Shown piece by piece: positions 10,049-18,550 of a DNA stretch of 64,000 nt (position 1 is its first letter; every line of letters starts with the position of its first letter). The translations under genes were made by a program, and so were the position numbers. Origin of the DNA: an uncultured Pelagibacteraceae bacterium (GTDB lineage: Bacteria; Pseudomonadota; Alphaproteobacteria; Pelagibacterales; Pelagibacteraceae). The notes beneath the pieces were generated by a model. The model ran no database searches, had not been told where the DNA came from, and saw only the letters and a program-made list of their open reading frames with translations. Location: contig CACGVK010000001.1 of assembly GCA_902576565.1 (NCBI GenBank), forward strand, positions 305 to 64,304, given 5' to 3'.

Positions 10049-10543
10049 TTATTTTAAAATCTCCTCTAGTCTGAATGATGCAATATTTCTAACCTGGTTT
10101 TTTGCTTCGAAAAATTCCTCATCTAAAGAATTTTTAATTCTTTCCCTAAAAGAAGCCAAAATTTCTGTTCTATTTTTTCCCTTTACAGCTATTATAAAGG
10201 GAAAATCAAATTTTTTTTTATATTCTATATTTAATTTTTTAAATTCATTATATTCATCATTTGTACACTCATTAAGTTTTGCATTTTTTTGTTCACTTTT
10301 AGAATTTGATGTTAATTTTTTTTCAACCACTAATTCGGGATGATAATTCAAAATTTTTAATATTATCTCTTTTTCACTATTTTCATATGTATTGATTAAT
10401 TTTGAAATTATGTCTTCATAGTCCTTAAAAGGTTTTAAATCAAAAACTTTTTCAGCTATCCAATCAGATTTTTCAAATACATTTCCAAAAATTACTAAAA
10501 AATCAGATTTATTAAGATTATTTATTTTTTCTATAGTGATCAT
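10049..10543 (-). CDS. uraD: OHCU decarboxylase
   Basis: FGNVFEKSDWIAE, HPEL, SEQ and N.EYKKKFDFPFIIAVKG motifs; divergent from uraH. Confidence 0.93.
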   Translation of the reverse strand: MITIEKINNLNKSDFLVIFGNVFEKSDWIAEKVFDLKPFKDYEDIISKLINTYENSEKEIILKILNYHPELVVEKKLTSNSKSEQKNAKLNECTNDEYNEFKKLNIEYKKKFDFPFIIAVKGKNRTEILASFRERIKNSLDEEFFEAKNQVRNIASFRLEEILK

Positions 10544-10608
10544 TTTGATTTATATATCTTAGTTTCTATTTATTAATTTATAATATTGTATAATATATCT
10601 TTAGCTAT

Positions 10609-10959
10609 ATGACAAAATTAACAACACATGTATTAGATATTTACTCAGGAAAGCCAGGGAAAGCAATAAAAGTTGAGCTATATAATTTAAGTGGCAATGA
10701 ACGAAAAAAAATAAAAACAATTACACTTAATAGTGATGGAAGAGCAGATGAACCACTTTTAGTGGGTGATAAATTTTTAGAAGGAAAATATGAAATGGTT
10801 TTTTTTATTGGCGATTATTTTAAAGACGTACTTAGTACTACCAAAATCCCTTTTTTAGATGATGTTGTAATAAGATTTGGAATATCAAATTCAAAAGAGC
10901 ACTATCATGTTCCTTTACTTGTATCTCCTTGGAGTTACTCTACTTACAGAGGCAGTTAA
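10609..10959 (+). CDS. uraH: 5-hydroxyisourate hydrolase (transthyretin-like)
   Basis: LTTHVLD, DGR, HYHVPLLVSPWSYSTYRGS signature. Confidence 0.97.
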   Translation: MTKLTTHVLDIYSGKPGKAIKVELYNLSGNERKKIKTITLNSDGRADEPLLVGDKFLEGKYEMVFFIGDYFKDVLSTTKIPFLDDVVIRFGISNSKEHYHVPLLVSPWSYSTYRGS

Positions 10960-12396
10960 GTGTCTATAAACAAGGTTCAATTTTTATTTAATGATAAAGT
11001 TTTTAAGTTGGATAATCCTGATCCAAATCAAACTTTACTTAATTTTATAAGAACAAAATTAAAAAAAACTGGAACAAAAGAAGGTTGTGCCGAAGGAGGT
11101 TGTGGAGCTTGCACAGTGGTTGTCGGGGAATTAGATAAGGATAAGATATTGTATAAATCAATAAATTCATGCATTACTTTTGTTCCATTTTTACATGGCA
11201 AACAACTCTTGGTTGTTGAAAATTTAAAAAATAATGATGGCTCTCATCATCCAGTTCAAGAAGCAATGGTAAAATTTCATGGCTCACAATGTGGTTTTTG
11301 TACGCCAGGTTTTGTTATGTCTTTATTTTCAATGTATAAAAATCACAAAACATATAGTTCTGACATAATTAAAGATACAATTTCAGGAAATTTATGCAGA
11401 TGTACAGGTTATAGGCCTATTATAGATGCAGCTAAAAGTTTAAATAAAATAAAAAATTACGATAAATTTACTAAAAACAAAATAAAAACTATTAATATTT
11501 TAAAAAAAATTAATTCAAAAAACCTATATATATTTAATAATAATAAAAAATATTTTTCACCTTCAACAATAATAGAATTAAAAAAAATCATAAAAAAGAA
11601 TCCCAATTCACAATTATTAAACGGGGGAACAGATCTATCATTAGTAGTAACCAAGGAAAGAAAGGATATTAATACTATAATCAACTTAAAAGATATAAAT
11701 GAGTTAGATTTTATTAAAACTAACAAAAATTATATTGAAGTAGGATCAACAACATCATTAATTAAATTTGAAAATTTTATATTAAAATATTATCCAGATT
11801 TTAATTCAATTTTAAAAAGATATGGATCAGTTCAAGTTAGAAATGTAGGATCAATAGGTGGAAACATTGCTACAGCATCACCTATTGGAGATACTTTACC
11901 TATTTTACTGTCACTAAATGCAGAAATAATTATCCAAAATAAAAATAAAAAAATAAATATACCAATAAAAAAATTTTTTACAGGTTATAGAAAAACAAAA
12001 TTAAAAAAAGGGGAATTTATATATTCAATAAAAATTCCAATTTATAAAAAAAATATTTTAAAAGCATATAAAATTTCAAAAAGATTTGACGACGACATAT
12101 CCTCTATTTGTGGATCTTTTAATTTAGAAATAATTAATAAAAAAATAAAAAAAATAATGATTGCTTATGGAGGAATGGCTGAAATTCCCAAAAGGGCAAT
12201 AAATTGTGAAAAGATGCTTAATAATAAAGCTTTGACTTTAGTCAATTTTGAAAATGCAACAAAATATATAGAAAAAGATTTTAAACCAATAGATGATATG
12301 AGAGCAACAAAAGACTACAGAATTGAAGTTGCTAAGAATTTATTATTAAAATGTTTTTTAGAAATTAAGTCAAATAAACTAATTAGAATTAATTAA
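10960..12396 (+). CDS. xdhA: Xanthine dehydrogenase small subunit (2Fe-2S/FAD)
   Basis: GTKEGCAEGGCGAC, QCGFCTPGF, GNLCRCTGY, GGTDL and KISKRFDDDIS; GTG start abuts the uraH stop. Confidence 0.96.
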   Translation: MSINKVQFLFNDKVFKLDNPDPNQTLLNFIRTKLKKTGTKEGCAEGGCGACTVVVGELDKDKILYKSINSCITFVPFLHGKQLLVVENLKNNDGSHHPVQEAMVKFHGSQCGFCTPGFVMSLFSMYKNHKTYSSDIIKDTISGNLCRCTGYRPIIDAAKSLNKIKNYDKFTKNKIKTINILKKINSKNLYIFNNNKKYFSPSTIIELKKIIKKNPNSQLLNGGTDLSLVVTKERKDINTIINLKDINELDFIKTNKNYIEVGSTTSLIKFENFILKYYPDFNSILKRYGSVQVRNVGSIGGNIATASPIGDTLPILLSLNAEIIIQNKNKKINIPIKKFFTGYRKTKLKKGEFIYSIKIPIYKKNILKAYKISKRFDDDISSICGSFNLEIINKKIKKIMIAYGGMAEIPKRAINCEKMLNNKALTLVNFENATKYIEKDFKPIDDMRATKDYRIEVAKNLLLKCFLEIKSNKLIRIN

Positions 12397-12397
12397 A

Positions 12398-14713
12398 ATG
12401 AGTAAAGAAGACTATATAAACAATATAATTCCGCACGATAGTGCATTTAAACATGTAGATGGTTCGGCAGAATATACTGACGATATTATAGAGTCAGATC
12501 AAACGCTATTTGGCGCAATAGGGTGGAGTAAAAAATCTCATGCAATAATAAAAAAAATTGATCTTAAGAATGTTAGATCTAGTGATGGAGTTATTTCGGT
12601 ACTTACACATTTAGATATTCCTGGAAGAAACGACGTAGGACCTGTATTTGATGGAGATCCAATATTTGCAAAAAAAAAGGTTGAGTTTTACGGTCAACCT
12701 TTATTTGCCGTAGTTGCAACCTCGACTGAACTTGCTAGAAAGGCGGTATTAAAAGCTAGAATTGAGTATAAAGAATTGAAACCAATTATTACAATTCAAG
12801 ATTCTTTAAAAAAGAAAAAGCTACATTTTAAAATAAGAAAAATTAAAAAAGGAAATCCATCGAAGAAAATATCAAAATCAAAAAACCATTTAAAGGGTAA
12901 TTTCACAACCGGAAGTCAGGAACATTTTTATTTAGAGGGACAAACTGCATTTGCTATTCCCAAGGAAGATAATAATTTATTAGTCTATAGTTCTACACAA
13001 CATCCATCAGAAGCTCAGCAACTTATTGCAAAGATGTTAAATCAAAAAAGTAATTCAATAACTGTGCTAGTTAGACGAATAGGAGGAGGTTTTGGAGGAA
13101 AAGAGACAAATTTTATGACAGCAGCTATTTGTTCCTTATTAGCTTTTAAAACAAAAAAACCAGTTAAACTTAGATTAGATAGAGACGATGATATTATTTT
13201 AACAGGTAAAAGACATGAATTTTATTCCGAATATGAAGTTGGATTTGATAACCAAGGATTAATTAATGGGTTGAAATTGAAGCTTGCATCTAATTGTGGG
13301 ATGTCTCCTGATTTATCGTATGCTATAAATGAGAGAGCTTTACTTCATATTGATAATGCATATCATTTATCTGATATAGAAATAGAAAATCACTTATGTA
13401 AGACAAACATTTCAACTTCTACAGCATTTAGAGGCTTTGGTGGAAATCAAGGCATGATGTCTATAGAAAATATTATAGATAATATATCTAGGTATTTAAA
13501 TAAAGATCCAAGTGAAATCAGGAAATTAAATTTTTATAAAAATAATACTAAAAATATTACCCACTACGGCATGAAAATAGAAGATAACGTAATAGATGAT
13601 ATTTTTGAAAAACTTATAAAAAGTTCAAATTATAAAAAACGTTACGCTGAAATTAAAAAATTTAATAAACAAAATAAATTTAAAAAAAAAGGTATTGCGA
13701 TTACACCAATAAAATTTGGAATATCTTTTACTACTCTACATTTAAATCAGGCAGGAGCTTTGGTTCATATATATACAGATGGAAGTATTTATTTGAACCA
13801 TGGGGGAATTGAAATGGGCCAAGGTACTCATACAAAAATTGCTCAACTAGTGTCACACTCATTAGGTCTTCCTTTTGGTAAAGTAAAAATTTCCTCAACA
13901 AATACCTCCAAAGTTCCAAATACATCGGCTAGCGCCGCATCTTCAACAACAGATTTAAACGGTGCAGCTGCACTAAACGCTGTAAGTAAAATAAAAAAAA
14001 ATTTGGAAATATTTATTAAAAAAAAATATAGGATATTTTATAATAAAGAACCAATTTACAAAGATGAACAAATTATTTTTGGAAATAGAAATTTTAATTT
14101 TTTTAAAATTATTAAAGAGGCATACTTAAACAGGGTTTCACTTTCCTCTACTGGTTTTTACAAAACCCCAAAAATCAAATTTGATAAAGAAAAATTCCTA
14201 GGAAGACCGTTTTTATATTTTTGTTATGGCGCTTCAGTTTCTGAAGTGACGATTGATACCTTAACTGGAGAAAATACTGTCGATAGGGTAGATATACTTC
14301 ATGATGCTGGAAAACCAATTAATCCAGCATTAGAAATTGGTCAAATTGAAGGAGGGTTTGTACAAGGACAAGGTTGGTTGACTATAGAGGAGCTAAAATG
14401 GAAATCTAATGGTCAAATCACAACTTTCTCTCCCTCTACTTATAAAATACCAGCAGTAAGTGATATGCCAAGAAAATTTAATGTTGAAATATATAAAGAT
14501 GGTATCAATAAAGAAAAAGTTGTTAATAAAGCAAAAACTACAGGAGAACCACCTCTTATGTTAGCAATGAGTGTATTTTATGCTATTAAAGATGCTATTG
14601 CTTCTGTAGATAATTATAGAAAAATACCAATCCTTGATGCACCTGCAACACCTGAAAAAATACTTATGAGTATTAAAAATTTATCGAAAAAACAAAAGAT
14701 TTATAAAAACTAA
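12398..14713 (+). CDS. xdhB: Xanthine dehydrogenase molybdopterin-binding subunit
   Basis: QEHFYLEGQ, STQHP, GGGFGGKE, AFRGFG, EMGQG, QIEGGFVQG and catalytic GEPP. Confidence 0.96.
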   Translation: MSKEDYINNIIPHDSAFKHVDGSAEYTDDIIESDQTLFGAIGWSKKSHAIIKKIDLKNVRSSDGVISVLTHLDIPGRNDVGPVFDGDPIFAKKKVEFYGQPLFAVVATSTELARKAVLKARIEYKELKPIITIQDSLKKKKLHFKIRKIKKGNPSKKISKSKNHLKGNFTTGSQEHFYLEGQTAFAIPKEDNNLLVYSSTQHPSEAQQLIAKMLNQKSNSITVLVRRIGGGFGGKETNFMTAAICSLLAFKTKKPVKLRLDRDDDIILTGKRHEFYSEYEVGFDNQGLINGLKLKLASNCGMSPDLSYAINERALLHIDNAYHLSDIEIENHLCKTNISTSTAFRGFGGNQGMMSIENIIDNISRYLNKDPSEIRKLNFYKNNTKNITHYGMKIEDNVIDDIFEKLIKSSNYKKRYAEIKKFNKQNKFKKKGIAITPIKFGISFTTLHLNQAGALVHIYTDGSIYLNHGGIEMGQGTHTKIAQLVSHSLGLPFGKVKISSTNTSKVPNTSASAASSTTDLNGAAALNAVSKIKKNLEIFIKKKYRIFYNKEPIYKDEQIIFGNRNFNFFKIIKEAYLNRVSLSSTGFYKTPKIKFDKEKFLGRPFLYFCYGASVSEVTIDTLTGENTVDRVDILHDAGKPINPALEIGQIEGGFVQGQGWLTIEELKWKSNGQITTFSPSTYKIPAVSDMPRKFNVEIYKDGINKEKVVNKAKTTGEPPLMLAMSVFYAIKDAIASVDNYRKIPILDAPATPEKILMSIKNLSKKQKIYKN

Positions 14714-14717
14714 TTAT

Positions 14718-15188
14718 ATGGATAGTAAAAAAAAATTTATGTTAAGAGCTATTGAGCTTTCAATAAAAAGTGCTTTAACAGATGGAGGTCCATTTGGCTG
14801 TGTAATAGTTAAGGATAATAAAATTATTGCTGAGGGTTTTAATAGAGTTACTTCTTTAAATGATCCTACGGCTCACGGAGAAATTGTAGCGATTAGAGAA
14901 GCTTGTAAAAAACTTAATACTTTTAATCTTTCTGGCTGTGAACTATTTTCTAGTTGTGAACCGTGCCCAATGTGTTTATCTGCCATATATTGGAGTCACA
15001 TTGATTTTGTATATTATGCAAACAATAGAGAAGATGCAAAAAAAATAGATTTTGATGACTCAATGATTTATTCAGAAATAAATAAAAAAGTAAATGAAAG
15101 AAAAATAAAAATGTACCAAATGATGAGAGAAGAGGCTCTAGAAGCATTTAAAATTTGGGACCAGAAATCAGATAAAATAAAATATTAA
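14718..15188 (+). CDS. guaD: Guanine deaminase (cytidine-deaminase-fold, B. subtilis GuaD type)
   Basis: GGPFG, DPTAHGE and CEPCPMC zinc motif, FDD..IY tail; lies in the purine operon. Confidence 0.85.
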   Translation: MDSKKKFMLRAIELSIKSALTDGGPFGCVIVKDNKIIAEGFNRVTSLNDPTAHGEIVAIREACKKLNTFNLSGCELFSSCEPCPMCLSAIYWSHIDFVYYANNREDAKKIDFDDSMIYSEINKKVNERKIKMYQMMREEALEAFKIWDQKSDKIKY

Positions 15189-16099
15189 TGGATTACTTAT
15201 CTTATACTCTTAAATGGTTAGAACTTTTGTTTAGATGGGGACATGTTTTATTTGCAATTCTATGGGTCGGCAACAGTTTTTTATTTAATTATTTGGATAA
15301 TAAATTAAACAAAAATATTAATAATGAAGACATTGATGGCGAGGGCTATTTAATGCATTCAGGATATTTTTATAAGTTAACCAGGTTAAAAAAATCACCT
15401 CCATTAGACTATTTAAAAAGCCTAATCATTTTTAAATGGCAAAGTTATTTAACATTTATAACTGGTATTCTTCTTTTAATAGTTCTTTACTATTATAACT
15501 CAAAAGTTTTAATGGTTGATAAAAGAGTATTGGAATTAACACCATTAACTTCAATCTCCATTTCAATCTTTTCATTAATTATATCTTGGTTTGTTTATGA
15601 TCTGCTGTGTAAGTCAAAATTAATCAAAAATACATCATTATTTGGTCTTGTTATGCTCCTTTTGTTAGTCGCTATCTCTTTTATATTTACAAAAATTTAT
15701 GGTCCTAAATTTGCATTTTTGAGCGTTGGATTAGTCATTGGTACCAATATGTTTATGAATGTATTTACTATAATAATTCCAAACCAAATGAATATAATTA
15801 AAAGTAGCGAAAAAAATGAAAAATTTGACACAAGTTTATCTTTAGCAGCAAAACAAAGGTCTATACACAATAATTACTCAACATTTTTAGTTTTATTTAT
15901 TATGTTAGCAGGTCATTATAGTTTTATAGTTTATCATAAATATAATTGGTTAATATTATCTTTAATTGCGGTAATATCTGTAAGCGCTAGACACTATTTT
16001 AATTTAAGAGGAAGAAACATTCACAGGTTGTATATTCTTGTAGGTTCCATAATTTCATTTATTTTATTAGCTGCTATACTTTTATTTATTAAAAAATAA
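15188..16099 (+). CDS. puuD: Urate hydroxylase PuuD-family membrane protein (no cytochrome c domain)
   Basis: RWGHV..AILWVGNSF.F, H.G.FY, FKWQSY.TF.TG, NVF.IIIPNQ, AKQRS.HNNY and RHYFN; no CxxCH. Confidence 0.88.
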   Translation: MDYLSYTLKWLELLFRWGHVLFAILWVGNSFLFNYLDNKLNKNINNEDIDGEGYLMHSGYFYKLTRLKKSPPLDYLKSLIIFKWQSYLTFITGILLLIVLYYYNSKVLMVDKRVLELTPLTSISISIFSLIISWFVYDLLCKSKLIKNTSLFGLVMLLLLVAISFIFTKIYGPKFAFLSVGLVIGTNMFMNVFTIIIPNQMNIIKSSEKNEKFDTSLSLAAKQRSIHNNYSTFLVLFIMLAGHYSFIVYHKYNWLILSLIAVISVSARHYFNLRGRNIHRLYILVGSIISFILLAAILLFIKK

Positions 16100-16113
16100 T
16101 ATTATAAAAGCTG

Positions 16114-16638
16114 ATGTCCGAAAAATTAATAGTTAGTTGGGAAGAATACAATAACACTGTTGAAAAATTAGCGTTACAGATTCATGAGAGCGGGTACAAA
16201 CCTTCTATATTAATTGGAATCATGAGAGGAGCGGCTCCAATGATAGACGTTTTAAGCAGAATATTTAAATTAAAATGTGCTTACTTGGCTGTAGAGTCTT
16301 ATAGCGGAAAAGGCATTGAAGATGAGCAAGGTGATATTGTTTTTTCAAGAGAAATGAGCTCAATAGCTCCTAATATGGGAGGAAAGATTCTACTTTGTGA
16401 TGATCTTTCAGATACAGGAATTACTTTTAACAAAAGTATTAATTGGTTAAAAAAATATGAGCCTATCAAAAATAAAATTGAAGATATTAAAACTGCAACA
16501 TTGTGGAAAAAACAAAAGTCTACTTTTAACCCAGATTATTGCGCAGTAACATTAGAAGCCAATCCATGGATCGTCCAACCTTTTGAAATATACGAAGAAA
16601 TAAGAATAGAAGATATAAAGAAGAAACACCTAAAATAA
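16114..16638 (+). CDS. Purine phosphoribosyltransferase (xanthine/guanine/hypoxanthine PRT-like)
   Basis: SWEEY, IGIMRG, PRPP loop LLCDDLSDTGITF and WIVQPFE. Confidence 0.85.
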   Translation: MSEKLIVSWEEYNNTVEKLALQIHESGYKPSILIGIMRGAAPMIDVLSRIFKLKCAYLAVESYSGKGIEDEQGDIVFSREMSSIAPNMGGKILLCDDLSDTGITFNKSINWLKKYEPIKNKIEDIKTATLWKKQKSTFNPDYCAVTLEANPWIVQPFEIYEEIRIEDIKKKHLK

Positions 16639-16662
16639 AAAGGGCGACCCCTAGAGCCGCCC
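16637..16662 (-). terminator. Rho-independent terminator for the AzgA-type permease gene
   Basis: Minus strand reads GGGCGGCTC-TAG-GGGTCGCCC followed by TTTTT, between convergent genes. Confidence 0.8.
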
Positions 16663-16685
16663 CTAATTAAAGCTTATTTAATTTT

Positions 16686-17975
16686 CTAAGCTACTGCAAA
16701 ACTAACAATACTTAGTACAGCAATAACCCATATCGCTGGACTAGTTTCATTAAATTTTCCAGTACAAATCTTAATTGCAGCATATGAAACAAATGCCAAA
16801 GCTATTCCATTTGAAATAGAATAAGTAAATGGCATTGCTATCATCGCAAGTACAGCTGGACCTGCTTCAGCAGCATCATCCCAACTAATATCTGTGATAT
16901 TTCTTACGAATAAAGTTGCAATATAGATTAAAGCAGCAGCATCAACTTCTTTTGGAAGTGATGTTGCAAGTGGACTGAAGAACAAACATAACAAGAAACC
17001 AATTCCAATAACCAGTGAAGTCATTCCTGTTCTTCCTCCAACTTTTACTCCAGCCGCACTTTCAACGTATGTAGTAACTGTGGAAGTACCCATTACAGCA
17101 CCTGCAACAGTTGACACACTGTCAGAAAGCATTGCTTTATCGATGTCTTTAATTTTTCCATCAGAACCAACTTTCCCCGCAACGTTTGCAACACTAGTTA
17201 GTGTTCCAGCAGTATCAAAAAAGTCAATAAAAAATAATGTAAAAATTATAGTTACCATCGATGCACTTAACGCAGCGCCCAAATCAAAAGTCATTAAGTG
17301 AGTCATTGGTGGCGGTGAAGAAACAACGCCGTTGAATTTTCCTAAACCAGTAACCCAAGCTATTGCACTAAACACAAGTATTCCAATGATTATATTTCCT
17401 TTGATTTTATATTTTTCCATTACAATCATAGAAATAAATGCAGCGGCACCTAATAAAGTTAAAGGATTTGAAACATCACCAAGTTGCACAAGTGTAACTG
17501 GGTTGTCAGTAGTTAGTCCCATAAGTTCAAAACCAATAATTGCAAGGAATAAACCAATACCCGCTCCTATTCCAAGTTTTAAACTTTTTGGAATAGAATT
17601 AATCAACCAAGCTCTTATAGGTGTTAATGAAATTATTAAGAAGACCACACCCGCAACCAAGACAGCACCTAGTGCTTCTGCTGGTGTATATTTCATTCCT
17701 AAACAAACACCATAGGCGACAAATGCGTTTATCCCCATTCCTGGTGCAAGTCCAACGGGCCAAGTTTTAGCGTAAAATGCAGCTATAAAACATGCTAAAG
17801 CTGCTGCTAAAGCTGTCGCTGTAAAAACACCACCAAAATCAAAACCACCGTCGGCAAGTATGACAGGATTCAAAAACATTATGTAGGCCATTGTCAAGAA
17901 GGTCGACACCCCTGCAATGACTTCAGTTTTAAAATCTGTCTTATGTTTTTTATAGTTAAAGTAGTTATCTAACAT
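16686..17975 (-). CDS. NCS2/AzgA-family purine permease (adenine/guanine/hypoxanthine)
   Basis: TEVIAG.STFLTMAYI, LAPGMG.NAF, DFFDTAGTL and TTYVESAAGV..GGRTG; GGAGG SD. Confidence 0.92.
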   Translation of the reverse strand: MLDNYFNYKKHKTDFKTEVIAGVSTFLTMAYIMFLNPVILADGGFDFGGVFTATALAAALACFIAAFYAKTWPVGLAPGMGINAFVAYGVCLGMKYTPAEALGAVLVAGVVFLIISLTPIRAWLINSIPKSLKLGIGAGIGLFLAIIGFELMGLTTDNPVTLVQLGDVSNPLTLLGAAAFISMIVMEKYKIKGNIIIGILVFSAIAWVTGLGKFNGVVSSPPPMTHLMTFDLGAALSASMVTIIFTLFFIDFFDTAGTLTSVANVAGKVGSDGKIKDIDKAMLSDSVSTVAGAVMGTSTVTTYVESAAGVKVGGRTGMTSLVIGIGFLLCLFFSPLATSLPKEVDAAALIYIATLFVRNITDISWDDAAEAGPAVLAMIAMPFTYSISNGIALAFVSYAAIKICTGKFNETSPAIWVIAVLSIVSFAVA

Positions 17976-18004
17976 TAGACCTCCATATATCTGTCTATTA
18001 TTAG

Positions 18005-18018
18005 TTGATTCGAATCAA
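18005..18018. promoter_or_regulatory. Perfect 14-bp palindrome TTGATTCGAATCAA (FNR-box-like / tandem GANTC)
   Basis: Seen directly, about 30 nt upstream of the permease start. It fits TTGAT-N4-ATCAA and contains two GANTC sites. Confidence 0.45.
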
Positions 18019-18124
18019 AAAATCCCATGCAAACAAGGAATATTTGTTAGAATGTGAATAAAATTTTGTTATTTACAACTTATAAGTTAATCTTTTGACA
18101 CAATTTGTTGATATACTTTTTTTA

Positions 18125-18427
18125 ATGAAATTTAAATTTATAATAATTTTATTCTCAATTTTAATAACATTGACGAGCTGCCAGACGATAAAAAATAAAT
18201 CTGATGAAGTTGCGGCTAAAGAAAATGAAAAATTTGGTCAATTCTTGGGAAAACAGGAAAGTGAATTAAGACTTGAATTAGGAGCGCCAACTGAAGATTA
18301 TATTGGTGATACTGGAAATGAAATTCTTGTATATAAAACTAAAAAGTATGGAATACCTTGTGAAAGAAAATTTGAAATTAATACAAGTGGAACAATTGTT
18401 AAATTTTCGTCATCAGGATGTATTTAG
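18125..18427 (+). CDS. Hypothetical lipoprotein
   Basis: Signal peptide with lipobox LTSC; LGAP..ILVY small alpha/beta domain; start placed at the ATG at 18125. Confidence 0.7.
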   Translation: MKFKFIIILFSILITLTSCQTIKNKSDEVAAKENEKFGQFLGKQESELRLELGAPTEDYIGDTGNEILVYKTKKYGIPCERKFEINTSGTIVKFSSSGCI

Positions 18428-18526
18428 TTTCGTTTAAGTAACCATTTTGAGGTTTATTTTACTGCAATATGTAAGAAAATAAAAAAGATCTTTTTATTTG
18501 ATTGCATTTAACTTTTAAATTCATAA

Positions 18527-18546
18527 CCTCCTTAATCAAAAGGAGG
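18527..18546 (+). promoter_or_regulatory. SD-sequestering hairpin upstream of xanthine/urate permease
   Basis: CCTCCTT-AATCAA-AAGGAGG forms a perfect 7-bp stem that pairs the full SD, ending 4 nt before the ATG. Confidence 0.55.
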
Positions 18547-18550
18547 ATCT

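Noticed and set aside
17976-18124. Classical purine riboswitch upstream of the AzgA-type permease
   Set aside because: The conserved aptamer core is not recognisable on either strand; there is only a weak 5-bp TAGAC/GTCTA stem near the SD.
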